Virus record (IMG/VR): IMGVR_UViG_3300022929_000037
Span: 1 to 54,131 of that record
Origin: a virus
Taxonomy: Duplodnaviria; Caudoviricetes
Reading direction: 5' to 3' (one strand)
Length of the DNA: 54,131 bases
The notes under the pieces were generated by a model that did not search any database, was not told where the DNA came from, and saw only the letters and a list, made by a program, of their open reading frames with translations. The translations under genes and the position numbers were made by a program. Positions 34,640 to 47,295 of this stretch are shown in pieces. Positions within the stretch are counted from its first letter, which is position 1. Every line of letters begins with the position of its first letter.

Positions 34640-36309
34640 TATATTTTCCTCCTAGCACCACCAGATGGAGCTGAGGCTCCAGCAGATACTGCAATATTAC
34701 CTGCGATAACAGATGCTACGACAATCTCTTCTGCTCGCTCTCGCTGTTCAGGAGCAATGTCAGCACCAATATTTCCCAAATCATTCATAACCTCTAGCAC
34801 CTGTCCAGCCACAGCACCAACTACTGGAAGGGCAGCAAGCTCTTCTGGCAAGTCTGGGTCATCTGCTTCTGCAGCTATAGCAAGCAATACAAGTGCTGCC
34901 TCATACTCTTCTGAGTCTTTCTCTGCAGTTGCAAACTTATTCATAGCCATGACAGTTAGCTCTCCTGCTAGCTCAAGGTTTTGCTCTGCATTGCCATCGT
35001 CCTCAACTATTGCCTGAAGCTGATCAATCTTGTTTCTTTGTTCTTGGATAGTATCATTAGCATCTCCAAGCTGCTTTACGAGAGTATCTATCTTTGCCAG
35101 TGCATCGTCAAGCTGCTTCTTGGTTGTGTCATTCTTAATCTTTAGCTCTTCTATTTGTCCAAGTGCCGTAGCTAGCTTTGCCTCTAGCTCCTCTACCCTT
35201 GCCTGTGAGGCTGCTAGCTGCTTAGTGAGATCAGTAGACTTAGCTCTTGCAATCTCTAGATCCGATTTTGACTTTGCCAATGTTTCTAGGGCAGTTGCAA
35301 GCTGTTCTTCTGTGCTTGTTACTTTACCATTTAGCTCGTCAATAGTTGTTTTAAGTATGTTAATAGTTTCTTCCGCACTAACTAGTTCTGCTTTTTTGGC
35401 CTCTATGTCTGCATTGGCCTTGGCTAGTGCCTCTGTTAGCGAGTCTATCTTAGATATATACCCTGCAATTGTTGCATTACGATCATCTATGGTTATTTTA
35501 TAAGAGTCAATTGCTGAATTAAGATCGCTAATGGTTTTGTTTTGGTCTTCAATTACTGCTGTTTGATCTGCAATTACAACCTCAGACCAGGAAACATACT
35601 CTTGGTATGATGTATTAATTGAATCAGCAGTCTCGCCTAGAGCTTTATAGTCATCTAGCAGCGTAGCATAGAGGGATGAAAGCTGGTCATACTGTGCCTG
35701 GAGTGCATCGTAGTCTTCTTGGGATACTGCTGGCTCTGCTACCACAGCACCTCCAGAATGCCAGATGGCACGCTCATAGTCTGTGCTACTATTTAATCCA
35801 AGGGTAGCACCTACACGCCAACCACCACAAATACTAGGCTCTGGATTACACCAGGTTCCAAGGTGCCATGACATCCTAAGCGGGTCGCTCATTTCGCTGG
35901 TATCGGCAGAGCTTTGATAGATTGATGCTGTTGGTGCAAATCCCATAGACTGAGTTGGGTTTAGATACCAGTAAGTGCCATTGTTTTCTACTGTTTCGTT
36001 ATATCCAGTCTGAGAGAAAACTACGCTGCTTTCTCCAGCTGCCAATAACATATAGGTATCAGAATTGGTTGCTCCTGCTGCATAAAGAAGAGATGCACCA
36101 GTACAGCTGTCATAAATATTTTGTAGGGTATCTGTCTCTCCATAAAGACTTGACCAGCACAGAGTCCATCCACCATCAATTAGGGTTTGCTTAGACACAT
36201 TTGTCTGTGGTCCAGATGGGTAGTATGAGGGTGCATTTGATCCACCTGCTGGTGTTGCGATAAGCACAACAGCCATCAGGGCTGATAAAAGTATAAACCT
36301 AAGCTTAAT
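34639..36309 (-). CDS. secreted or membrane protein with long coiled coil; probable ATT start
   Basis: Globular N-domain, long heptad region, C-terminal hydrophobic segments; extension to ATT 36309 gives a complete signal peptide. Confidence 0.65.
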   Translation of the reverse strand: MKLRFILLSALMAVVLIATPAGGSNAPSYYPSGPQTNVSKQTLIDGGWTLCWSSLYGETDTLQNIYDSCTGASLLYAAGATNSDTYMLLAAGESSVVFSQTGYNETVENNGTYWYLNPTQSMGFAPTASIYQSSADTSEMSDPLRMSWHLGTWCNPEPSICGGWRVGATLGLNSSTDYERAIWHSGGAVVAEPAVSQEDYDALQAQYDQLSSLYATLLDDYKALGETADSINTSYQEYVSWSEVVIADQTAVIEDQNKTISDLNSAIDSYKITIDDRNATIAGYISKIDSLTEALAKANADIEAKKAELVSAEETINILKTTIDELNGKVTSTEEQLATALETLAKSKSDLEIARAKSTDLTKQLAASQARVEELEAKLATALGQIEELKIKNDTTKKQLDDALAKIDTLVKQLGDANDTIQEQRNKIDQLQAIVEDDGNAEQNLELAGELTVMAMNKFATAEKDSEEYEAALVLLAIAAEADDPDLPEELAALPVVGAVAGQVLEVMNDLGNIGADIAPEQRERAEEIVVASVIAGNIAVSAGASAPSGGARRKI

Positions 36310-36370
36310 AAGTTATCACTCCTAGTTGGGGTAGCTAGACGTATTCTTATACTATTATAAGTGATTATAT

Positions 36371-36407
36371 AAATAAATAGGGGCATAGCCTCTTGACCAT
36401 GCCCCTA
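36371..36407 (-). terminator. intrinsic terminator after nrdF
   Basis: TAGGGGCATGG / CTATGCCCCTA stem followed by TTTATTT. Confidence 0.75.
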
Positions 36408-36425
36408 AATACCGCTTATTTAGTG

Positions 36426-39470
<3,045 letters not shown>

Positions 39471-39484
<14 letters not shown>

Positions 39485-39887
39485 ATAGTATCTCCAACCT
39501 TTGTTTTACTAGTTCTATGTCTGAAGGCGTGCCCGTGATTTCTACCCTGGCAATAATAGGTACGCCAGTTTTAGCAGAAATCATATCCGCTGCCTTGCAG
39601 TAATGTTTGCCAAAGTTTGTATTACCAGTGCCTATGACACCACGCAATAAATCCCTATTGGCAGGATTGTTAAGAAAAACCCTTACAGGTTTTGGAATTG
39701 CAGGACCTTCAGCCCCGCCACCGTAGGTTGGCACAACCAATACATACTCGAAATCCACGCTGAAGTCCCTAGCATCGCTAGAACGAACTGGGATACGAAC
39801 TCCATTATTGGTTACCTTCTCTACAAATCTTTTAGTATTTTCTGAAACATTAGAAAAGTAAACAAGGCGGATTGGTAGTGACACCAA
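39471..39887 (-). CDS. nrdI: NrdI flavodoxin
   Basis: [25 protein letters not shown]. Confidence 0.93.
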
Positions 39888-39898
39888 TACCTCGCTTT

Positions 39899-41674
39899 CT
39901 AAATGACATCAAATTGAGCCAAATACTCTTCTATTTTCTCTTTACTGGGCTTATATTGTATCACGTTTTTAGGAGGTTCTGCAACATTATCTTTAGGTCT
40001 ATCCCTAAATGTATGAATCTCTACTTGATCGTTCATGTTACGAGGCGTGTGAGAGATAGCTCCATAAACAGCACCACAGACGGCATCAGCCAAGTCCTTA
40101 GACGATTTGCGTGGGTGGTCTACTCTATTTTGCTTTACAATCTTTAGCTCTGTAAGCTCTTCAAATAGCAGGTCAATGGCTGGCATGACTAGCCTATCCT
40201 CATAGATAAGCATGGCCATATCCTCGTAGTGCTTCTTTGCTACAGAGACAGTATCTGTTCTCATTCCTATAGCTTTTAGCTCATTCTGGATATCAAAGGA
40301 CTGCCACCTGTCAAAGCTTACCTGCCCGATATTAAATCCAAGTCTGCGTAAGTTTTGAATCCACTGCTTTACTTCTGAAAGATCCACTGGTCCCTCTATC
40401 CTTGGCTCCCACCAAGCAACAGCATCCACAACTACAATTGGTGCAATCTGCTCATAGTCTTTGACTACCTGAATGTTTACCCACTTCTCTACGTGAGCAA
40501 TAGCCACAGCACACTTGTCATGCTTTTGAGCAAGGTCTGCGTGAACATAGTAAACCTTGTCTGGGTCTGGCTTAAACGTTTCTTCAAAACGACGCACGCT
40601 ATCTATTGGGTTTCTAATCGACATAGCCTGCTGCACCTTATCCCTTTGCTTAAAGAATGCGTCAGAGGCAAACGTTGGTATGCAGGCGAATCTCTGCATA
40701 GCATCTCCCATATCGGTAAAGAATGCTAGCTTAAAATCATCTATCTTTCTAGTTGGGTTTACTACCCATGTTGGTCTTTTGAGGGCAAATACTCCTGGAT
40801 ACTTATAACTAATAATACTATCTTCGTCCCACTCAATAGTCAAAGAGTTGCCAGCCTGATCCTCTGGCAAGTCTGGATTCATGACAAAGGTGTGTGTCTT
40901 TGTAACTACCTCTTTGTCTGCGATTACATCGTCATAACGTTGAGAGATAAAGTCTCCTGGGTACCTTGGGAATGAGAGCAATGCGACCTTGCCCAAATCT
41001 GGATAACGAGAGTCTACTGAGGCTCGGAAGGCCTTGTAGATGTTATCTGCAGTTTTGCCTTGGTCATTGCCTGTGCCAACCTCGTTAGCAAAACCAGAGA
41101 TCTCGTCCAGTACTGCCAGAATAAGGTTGAGGCCCTCGTGGGATTCTCGTTCAGAGTGTCCCGAATAGACAGTGATACTCTTATCAAACTCAATACTCTC
41201 AGCTTTAGCATAGAATTTGCCAGCAAACCAAGGCGACCGTTCGATCTTGCTCTTAAAGCCCTTAAAGAAAACGTTCTTGGCCTGCTGAGCATTAATGGCA
41301 ACATTAATAATATCAATAGCATCTCCACTAGGTTTACCGAAATAACGAGCAGGGTCTTTAAGACACAATAGCTTATAAACGATATAGCTACACGCAACTG
41401 TTGATGTAAAATCTTTACCACTTCCCTTTCCTAGTTGGAGAATGATTTCATTCTTAGTATATTTATTGTAATAGCGAGACCCCTCTTCAGTGCCCATCAT
41501 GTCAATCAGATCTTCTTTACGGAATATCTGGCTCATAGCCTTTACGATATCATACTGTGTATCTGAAAGTGGTGGCTGTCCTAGATAGTCCTCTCCCTCG
41601 ACAAATGTCTTAGCATCTACTGGTATCTCATCAAAGATATCAGACTTGAGGGCATCGAGGAAATCATCAAACAT
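39899..41674 (-). CDS. terminase large subunit
   Basis: Walker A GKGSGKD, Walker B VLDE, nuclease HADLA and DHP..SSKDLADA. Confidence 0.88.
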   Translation of the reverse strand: MFDDFLDALKSDIFDEIPVDAKTFVEGEDYLGQPPLSDTQYDIVKAMSQIFRKEDLIDMMGTEEGSRYYNKYTKNEIILQLGKGSGKDFTSTVACSYIVYKLLCLKDPARYFGKPSGDAIDIINVAINAQQAKNVFFKGFKSKIERSPWFAGKFYAKAESIEFDKSITVYSGHSERESHEGLNLILAVLDEISGFANEVGTGNDQGKTADNIYKAFRASVDSRYPDLGKVALLSFPRYPGDFISQRYDDVIADKEVVTKTHTFVMNPDLPEDQAGNSLTIEWDEDSIISYKYPGVFALKRPTWVVNPTRKIDDFKLAFFTDMGDAMQRFACIPTFASDAFFKQRDKVQQAMSIRNPIDSVRRFEETFKPDPDKVYYVHADLAQKHDKCAVAIAHVEKWVNIQVVKDYEQIAPIVVVDAVAWWEPRIEGPVDLSEVKQWIQNLRRLGFNIGQVSFDRWQSFDIQNELKAIGMRTDTVSVAKKHYEDMAMLIYEDRLVMPAIDLLFEELTELKIVKQNRVDHPRKSSKDLADAVCGAVYGAISHTPRNMNDQVEIHTFRDRPKDNVAEPPKNVIQYKPSKEKIEEYLAQFDVI

Positions 41675-42204
41675 TATTCAGATACCACCGTAACTGTTTG
41701 CCCCTGCTTCATTGCGGAGGATAGCCTGCTCATAATCTTGTCTCTAATCTCTGGATGCTCTGCAGCAATATCCTTTAGTATTCCAATAAGAACTTCCTGG
41801 CGTGATTCAATCTCTAACATCTCTTCTGCTAGCTCTTTGTTCTCTAGCAAGCCTGCTTTTTGTAGCATGTCAATTCTACGAGACTCTAGGTCCATAACAA
41901 GCTTGATGGCACCAGACTTAGCATTTAGATTAGCTGTCATGGTAGCTTCGTCAATAACCTCATAAGCTTTTTCTATCAGCTTTGAGTAGTGGGTATCAGC
42001 TACAACTAGTGCCTCTTTGGCCCGTGCTCGAATAGCTGCATTGTCTGCAGCCATAGCCTTCCACTCATTTAGATAGGCAACAACCTTCTGTCTTGGTATA
42101 GACAGCTCTTTGGATATCTTTGTTGGCTCACTACCTTTCAGGTATTCGCCGACTACCTTATTTACCTCATCTAGATGACCAATTAGGTCTTCCTCAGTTG
42201 ACAC
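41674..42204 (-). CDS. probable terminase small subunit
   Basis: N-terminal HTH, helical, translationally coupled upstream of TerL. Confidence 0.55.
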   Translation of the reverse strand: MSTEEDLIGHLDEVNKVVGEYLKGSEPTKISKELSIPRQKVVAYLNEWKAMAADNAAIRARAKEALVVADTHYSKLIEKAYEVIDEATMTANLNAKSGAIKLVMDLESRRIDMLQKAGLLENKELAEEMLEIESRQEVLIGILKDIAAEHPEIRDKIMSRLSSAMKQGQTVTVVSE

Positions 42205-42478
42205 GCCTTGCTCTCTTTCCCTTTTGCGGAACTCGCTTTATGCGATCTTCCTTAAAGGCACGGAACTGCTGGGCCTTTCCCCTAAAAATCTCAAAACAGT
42301 CTACCCATGTTGCACCAGTAAGGGTGTTAGTGGTAACTCCTTTAAATTTAAACTTAGTTCCGTATTCACCTTTTACTTTAATTATATCACCTGCATTGAT
42401 AGCAAAGCCATCAATTTCCATATATGGCACTGTCTCCAGTCCACTTGGCTGTATAACTACCTGCTTACGCCTACCCAT
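42194..42478 (-). CDS. hypothetical protein
   Basis: Operonic, AAGGAG RBS. Confidence 0.65.
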   Translation of the reverse strand: MGRRKQVVIQPSGLETVPYMEIDGFAINAGDIIKVKGEYGTKFKFKGVTTNTLTGATWVDCFEIFRGKAQQFRAFKEDRIKRVPQKGKRARRVN

Positions 42479-42728
42479 GTCTCTCCTTAGCGATCTTTAA
42501 TAGTACAAGGTATCCAATTAAATCATCAATGTCATTATCTCCAGGGTAGTCTGTTCCCCTTGCAAACCTAGACAGCTTGTCGTCAATGCGTACCAGGAGC
42601 TGCTCTACTGGGCTTGACTTAGAAAAAATACGAACAGGATCCAATGCCGAATCACCATATGCTATATTCTTTTCTTGTAGCATAATGCTGATATCTGTAC
42701 ATACCCTTACGATATCATTTTGTGTCAT
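42471..42728 (-). CDS. nucleotide-modification-associated (DUF1599/Nmad1-like) protein
   Basis: EKNIAYGDS, VRIDDKLSR, DLIGYLVL. Confidence 0.65.
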   Translation of the reverse strand: MTQNDIVRVCTDISIMLQEKNIAYGDSALDPVRIFSKSSPVEQLLVRIDDKLSRFARGTDYPGDNDIDDLIGYLVLLKIAKERHG

Positions 42729-42886
42729 CTGCGTGATTTCCTCAATCCAAATTTGGCAAGATATACATAGATGGTCTCTACGCTAACCTTGCACTCCTTT
42801 GCAATCTCTTCTGGTGTCTTCTTATCAAAGTGATATCTTTTACGAAGCCACAATTCATTTGTATATAGTTTACCAGCTTTAGCCAT
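42725..42886 (-). CDS. small HTH DNA-binding protein
   Basis: TPEEIAKECKVSVETIYVYL. Confidence 0.7.
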   Translation of the reverse strand: MAKAGKLYTNELWLRKRYHFDKKTPEEIAKECKVSVETIYVYLAKFGLRKSRR

Positions 42887-43439
42887 TTTTGTCAACCACC
42901 TTGTCCCAGTTGTTGTGTGCATAGTGACCAATTCCAATTGCATCTGCGACATCATCGTCGGTAACTTGCCTGTCATAGTTAATTTCAATAAGCTTAATGG
43001 TTCTTTGCTTTCTCATATCTCGCTCAAGCTTCTTATACCAAGACTTTGTTTTTCCTGGATGGTCTTGAGTAATCTTAAACTGTTCTTCTTTGGTAAGTCT
43101 TTTATTGCCTAAGTAGCTCTGCCATGTGATAGGGTTTACCGCTCCAGCTAACTTGATACCTGCCTGAGCTGCTGCACCAAGCAGTGCACCCTGGACAAGA
43201 GCAAGGTCTGCTGCTGTCTTTGGGCTATTCATAAATACAGTATGCTCAATGATTAGATTGTCAACATCTGGAAACTCACCAAAAAAGGCTATACTTTTAC
43301 GAGCCGCATCTGCAACCTTGTCATATACGTTATTGCCAGAAAAATTAATCTTGCCATAAGACATAAGAGAGCTGTCTTCAAATACGGCAAATGCAAGACT
43401 GTTGGTGCTTGCGTCAATAGAGAAAAACCTATTCTTCAT
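42879..43439 (-). CDS. RuvC-like Holliday junction resolvase
   Basis: SIDAST, IIE, DDDVADAIGIG. Confidence 0.75.
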   Translation of the reverse strand: MKNRFFSIDASTNSLAFAVFEDSSLMSYGKINFSGNNVYDKVADAARKSIAFFGEFPDVDNLIIEHTVFMNSPKTAADLALVQGALLGAAAQAGIKLAGAVNPITWQSYLGNKRLTKEEQFKITQDHPGKTKSWYKKLERDMRKQRTIKLIEINYDRQVTDDDVADAIGIGHYAHNNWDKVVDKNG

Positions 43440-43719
43440 CTTTAGTCATCCTTTTTAGCTCCCGAAGCACAGCACGAACTTCCTTAGGGTTAACGTTACA
43501 GATATCACATAGATCATCATCATTATATATTGATAGTGGCTTATCACAGGACTTGCACCTTCTGTCCTTGCCTATTCTGCGTTGCTGTCTAGTTTGAACA
43601 TACCGCTCAGCTATCTTCTCTCTAGTTGCGTCTTGACGACACTCTGGAGAGCAGTAAATTTGATAAGATACGCTGGTTTCGAAAATGTGGTCACACCAGC
43701 TACAGTGCTTGCTTTTCAT
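43429..43719 (-). CDS. zinc-finger hypothetical protein
   Basis: CSWC, YCSPEC, CKSC, CDIC. Confidence 0.7.
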   Translation of the reverse strand: MKSKHCSWCDHIFETSVSYQIYCSPECRQDATREKIAERYVQTRQQRRIGKDRRCKSCDKPLSIYNDDDLCDICNVNPKEVRAVLRELKRMTKDEE

Positions 43720-44503
43720 CTAGTGGCTCCAAAGAAAGTAGTTTTATGTCTCCCTTGCCAGCCACGTCACAAGTTGCCCTAACAGGACAGGTCTTGCATA
43801 TCTTGGAATTGGACCTATAGTTTTTCTCTGGCAGGGTTCTGTCAACCCATGCCTTACGAACAGCCCTCATCCAGTCAAATGTCTGGTTTACCCACTTAAT
43901 ATAATAATCGCTTATTTCAACTGGCAGAACCAGTAGCTCGTGATTATTTTTATTCTCATAAATAAGCACTGCCTCTGTCTTATTTAGAATCTTCATGTAA
44001 ATAAGCAGCTGAACTAGGTGGCCTAGCTTTGGCTTACCTGCTGCTTTACGATACTCAAACCCCTCAGACGGCATTGTCTTGATTTCTCCCAGGAGGTCTT
44101 TACCCTCCCAGTCTAGAATGACATCTCCGAATCCAAAGATAGGTGGATCATTACTAGTAATCTTAAACTCAGCATCTTTTAGTATTCCAGCATCTGCCAT
44201 AGCCTGCTGAATTCTTTCGTGAGACTTGGTTCCATTGGTCATGTTAGCACCGCCATAAGCATCAGCATTGTCTTCAAAGGTTGCCCCGTCAAAAGCAATG
44301 TACCAATACCTTGGGCACTCTCCATGAGAGAATGCGATGGTGCTAGGTGCAAAAGTTTTCTTCTGTGTGTGTTTTGGAACACGCTTTACGATATACCCAG
44401 AGTTAATCTTTTCAATTAGCTCATCGGTATTTAGGAAGCTTTTCTTTTTGGCAGCTAGCTCTGCCTTGAGCATTACCTCATTAAGTAAATTCTTAGCCAT
44501 CAT
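43700..44503 (-). CDS. Cas4-like PD-(D/E)XK exonuclease
   Basis: CPRYW, GD...EIKT, QLLIY, CKTCPVRATC (1+3 Cys Fe-S pattern). Confidence 0.82.
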   Translation of the reverse strand: MMAKNLLNEVMLKAELAAKKKSFLNTDELIEKINSGYIVKRVPKHTQKKTFAPSTIAFSHGECPRYWYIAFDGATFEDNADAYGGANMTNGTKSHERIQQAMADAGILKDAEFKITSNDPPIFGFGDVILDWEGKDLLGEIKTMPSEGFEYRKAAGKPKLGHLVQLLIYMKILNKTEAVLIYENKNNHELLVLPVEISDYYIKWVNQTFDWMRAVRKAWVDRTLPEKNYRSNSKICKTCPVRATCDVAGKGDIKLLSLEPLDEKQAL

Positions 44504-44504
44504 A

Positions 44505-44807
44505 TTATCGGGCAATATACTTGAGTGCTGCAACTAGCTCATTAATAGCATCTGCAGCGGTGAAGTATATGTTCTTCTTTGCCCTGTCTCCTTTTTCTAC
44601 GTTAACCATCCAGGTTGCCTTTAGAGACATCTTGGCTGCAATTGCTTGCAACCTTACGATCTCAATGGTGGCTACCTGAATTGGAATATCTGGCTTAATA
44701 ATAAGCTTGGCTACCATTGTAAGAGCCTGTGTAAGCTCTTCATCTCCCATAAAGTCTGCAATCTCTTGTAGACCATTTACTGATTCAATTGTTGTTTTAT
44801 CCGTCAT
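44505..44807 (-). CDS. hypothetical helical protein
   Basis: Operonic ORF. Confidence 0.65.
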   Translation of the reverse strand: MTDKTTIESVNGLQEIADFMGDEELTQALTMVAKLIIKPDIPIQVATIEIVRLQAIAAKMSLKATWMVNVEKGDRAKKNIYFTAADAINELVAALKYIAR

Positions 44808-44812
44808 GCCCT

Positions 44813-45421
44813 CTAGCTTTCGTTATATTTTTCTGTCCAAAAATCTGCTTTTGCTTTCATAACCCTATCATGTTCGCTATACATAGATGGGTCACTTGGG
44901 AACGGGCCAAGCTCTTCTGGAACATAGTCCTTAGCACTAAAATGACAGAAGATCATATCCATAAACTCTCCATCGGAGAATTCCCTCTTGGTCCTCCAGT
45001 GCACCTGGTGAGTTCCTGCAAATGTAAGAGCCTCGTTATCTTTAAGTAAATATTCTTTTCCCTCTACGACAATTGGCCAGTCAATGTTTGATTTTAGCTG
45101 TATGTCAACAGTTACCCTTGGCTCTCTGAACGTTTCGTCTCTATGTGGGGTAAGTCTGACCTCTAGGTTATCCCGCACCTTTTCATATCTTGCAAATGAA
45201 AGCTCTCGAAGAACAAGTTCTTTGTCCGACGCTTCCTGTGCTCTAGTTACGATAGTGTCTACAACATGCTGTGGTAGCCAAGAAAGGTAGGCTGTGTGAG
45301 AAAATTGCTCCACCAATTGCCTTCTATCTTCTGGTGTTTCTTCTATATGCTTATAGATATCTGTAATCTCTTGGTCATTAAAAATATCCTTAAGGATAAT
45401 GTTTTTATAATTAAAGTCCAT
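44813..45421 (-). CDS. 2OG-Fe(II) oxygenase-like protein
   Basis: LTPHRD, NIDWPI, HWR; TATAAT 6 nt upstream of MDFNY. Confidence 0.7.
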   Translation of the reverse strand: MDFNYKNIILKDIFNDQEITDIYKHIEETPEDRRQLVEQFSHTAYLSWLPQHVVDTIVTRAQEASDKELVLRELSFARYEKVRDNLEVRLTPHRDETFREPRVTVDIQLKSNIDWPIVVEGKEYLLKDNEALTFAGTHQVHWRTKREFSDGEFMDMIFCHFSAKDYVPEELGPFPSDPSMYSEHDRVMKAKADFWTEKYNES

Positions 45422-45445
45422 TATTATATTATACACTAAAGAATA

Positions 45446-46234
45446 CTAGTCTGCAAACGCAGCGTGAAGACCTTCTGGAATTCCTTCTGCTATTCCTAGC
45501 TCTGTATAAAGGGTCCATGCTGACTGCATCTTTGGATGATTGTTTACTGATTCAATATACCGCTCTACTCTTTCTGGAAACTTAAGTGGATCTAGGGCAT
45601 AGTCTTTTCCAGTAAACCTAAAATCTGTAAGTGGGGAATAGTCAAAGCTTAGTATTTTAACAAACTCTCCCTCTTTCCATTTCCTTTTTGGCCTAAAGTG
45701 TGGCATATTTAATGCACTAAAAACAAGTGCCTGACCTTTTCTAAGAGTATATGGGACATCATTAATATATAACTCCCAATCAATATTGCCGTCTAGCATA
45801 TAATTAAAAGTTACGATGTCTTCACTGTTGTCAATATGTGGTGGCAATGATGGTGCATAACGACCCTCGCCGTGACGCAAATCATAATCGATATAGCTGT
45901 AGTGTGCAAGCTTAATCTCTTCTGGATAAACTGGCTTGACTACTTCATCTAGAGTTTTTTCAATATCCTCTGGACACTCAAACTCTAGCATTTGCCTAGA
46001 CATGTGCACTACCCTTTTAGGGTCATACCAATCTTTGCCACGATACTCTTCTTGGTCCCCTGGCATTCGATAATATTCAGGCTCTCTAGCAAGCAGCTCA
46101 TCAAAAATACTATTTAATGACTGCACCTGCTCTTCAGAAAGTAGGTCATCAACATAGAATGGGAGCTCTTTCTTAAACTCTGACATATCTGTCAGATAGT
46201 TCCACATTCCGCCATCAGTAATTTTATCACTCAT
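45446..46234 (-). CDS. 2OG-Fe(II) oxygenase-like protein
   Basis: LPPHID, NIDWEL, HFRP; paralog of 44813..45421. Confidence 0.7.
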   Translation of the reverse strand: MSDKITDGGMWNYLTDMSEFKKELPFYVDDLLSEEQVQSLNSIFDELLAREPEYYRMPGDQEEYRGKDWYDPKRVVHMSRQMLEFECPEDIEKTLDEVVKPVYPEEIKLAHYSYIDYDLRHGEGRYAPSLPPHIDNSEDIVTFNYMLDGNIDWELYINDVPYTLRKGQALVFSALNMPHFRPKRKWKEGEFVKILSFDYSPLTDFRFTGKDYALDPLKFPERVERYIESVNNHPKMQSAWTLYTELGIAEGIPEGLHAAFAD

Positions 46235-46241
46235 GCTAGTA

Positions 46242-46853
46242 TTATACCACGGACTCAGACTCTAGAATCTTTTGCTTCTCTGTGCTAGTAACGTTACCCT
46301 TACCTACAAACCACGGCAATAGCTCATAATACAGATCAATAAGAAGGTTCACATCTTGAACCTGGTACTTCTTCATCTCTTTCCAGGCCTTGTCATTACC
46401 TTCCATGCACTCAATCCATAGCTTAAATCCAGAGTGTTTAACCTTAGCACCTACCCCTAGTCGCTGTGCGACATAGTCTAGCTTATTAGATGGGAACTGG
46501 AAGTTTGCCTTTGTAATTGACATTAGGTCCAAGTCCTTAACTGGAGATGGAGGCTGCATGCCATTTTCTAAGAATTCACGATTAATATGCTTGTGGTCAA
46601 ACGCTGCAGAGTTCCATCCGACAAGAACGTCTGCCTGGTCCATAAGTCTGTGAAGCTCTTCCAGCATAGCCTTCTTGCCATCGTGGTGCACGGACTTAAA
46701 GATAACCTGCTTCTTTCCTAGCCACCTAGCACCAAAGCATAGCATTTCTGTTGGCTCAATAATCTGGTCAATACTTACGTTTTGATCCCACAGCCCCCAG
46801 ACGTATGCTTTAATTGGAGTTGTTTCTATATCTAGCATTAGTATATTTTTCAT
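46242..46853 (-). CDS. DnaQ/RNase H-like 3'-5' exonuclease
   Basis: LDIET, GWNSAAFD, NKLDY, YQVQDV. Confidence 0.82.
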   Translation of the reverse strand: MKNILMLDIETTPIKAYVWGLWDQNVSIDQIIEPTEMLCFGARWLGKKQVIFKSVHHDGKKAMLEELHRLMDQADVLVGWNSAAFDHKHINREFLENGMQPPSPVKDLDLMSITKANFQFPSNKLDYVAQRLGVGAKVKHSGFKLWIECMEGNDKAWKEMKKYQVQDVNLLIDLYYELLPWFVGKGNVTSTEKQKILESESVV

Positions 46854-47137
46854 TTTGATTCCTCAATAATCTGCTCAAGTAGAGATAGCTCTACAATCGC
46901 TAGCCTTGTCTTTTTATTTCCTTCTCCTAGAACAACCACAATTGCTGGGTCATTGCCATTCTTAATTGCATCGGTTACAGCTTTAGCCCAGTTATCCTGG
47001 TTTACGGTAAAGCCTTTTGGATACTCTTTAAAATCTACTGTAAAGTTTTCCCAAGTTGCATCGCCCTTCTTGATACCACGCCCTGAGTTTTTAATACCCT
47101 TAGCATTTAGGCGTTTGATCTCTCCACGCTCGCTCAC
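46850..47137 (-). CDS. small PD-(D/E)XK nuclease, Hjc-like resolvase
   Basis: NSGRG..KGD....FTVDFKE. Confidence 0.6.
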   Translation of the reverse strand: MSERGEIKRLNAKGIKNSGRGIKKGDATWENFTVDFKEYPKGFTVNQDNWAKAVTDAIKNGNDPAIVVVLGEGNKKTRLAIVELSLLEQIIEESK

Positions 47138-47295
47138 TTCTTTTTCTTCCTTACGTCAAGGCTTACCTTGGACATGTGCTTTTGGCTACATACCCAAGTA
47201 AGCTCTTTTTCCTCAATATATTGTCTTAACGATTTTACCACTTCCTTGCAAGTATGGCAAGGAAAATCTCCGTAAACAACTGTATATCTAGCCAT
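47134..47295 (-). CDS. 53 aa zinc-ribbon protein (not in ORF track)
   Basis: MARYTVVYGDFPCHTCKEVVKSLRQYIEEKELTWVCSQKHMSKVSLDVRKKKK; overlaps both neighbours. Confidence 0.7.
   Translation of the reverse strand: MARYTVVYGDFPCHTCKEVVKSLRQYIEEKELTWVCSQKHMSKVSLDVRKKKK

Noticed and set aside
34757-35503. Long plus-strand ORFs opposite real genes (also 21539-22030, 38820-39191 and others)
   Set aside because: Antisense shadows of biased coding sequence without RBS or motifs.
43700-44503. Cas4-like gene as evidence of CRISPR-Cas
   Set aside because: No repeat-spacer array or other cas genes; solo Cas4-like exonucleases are normal in phage recombination modules.
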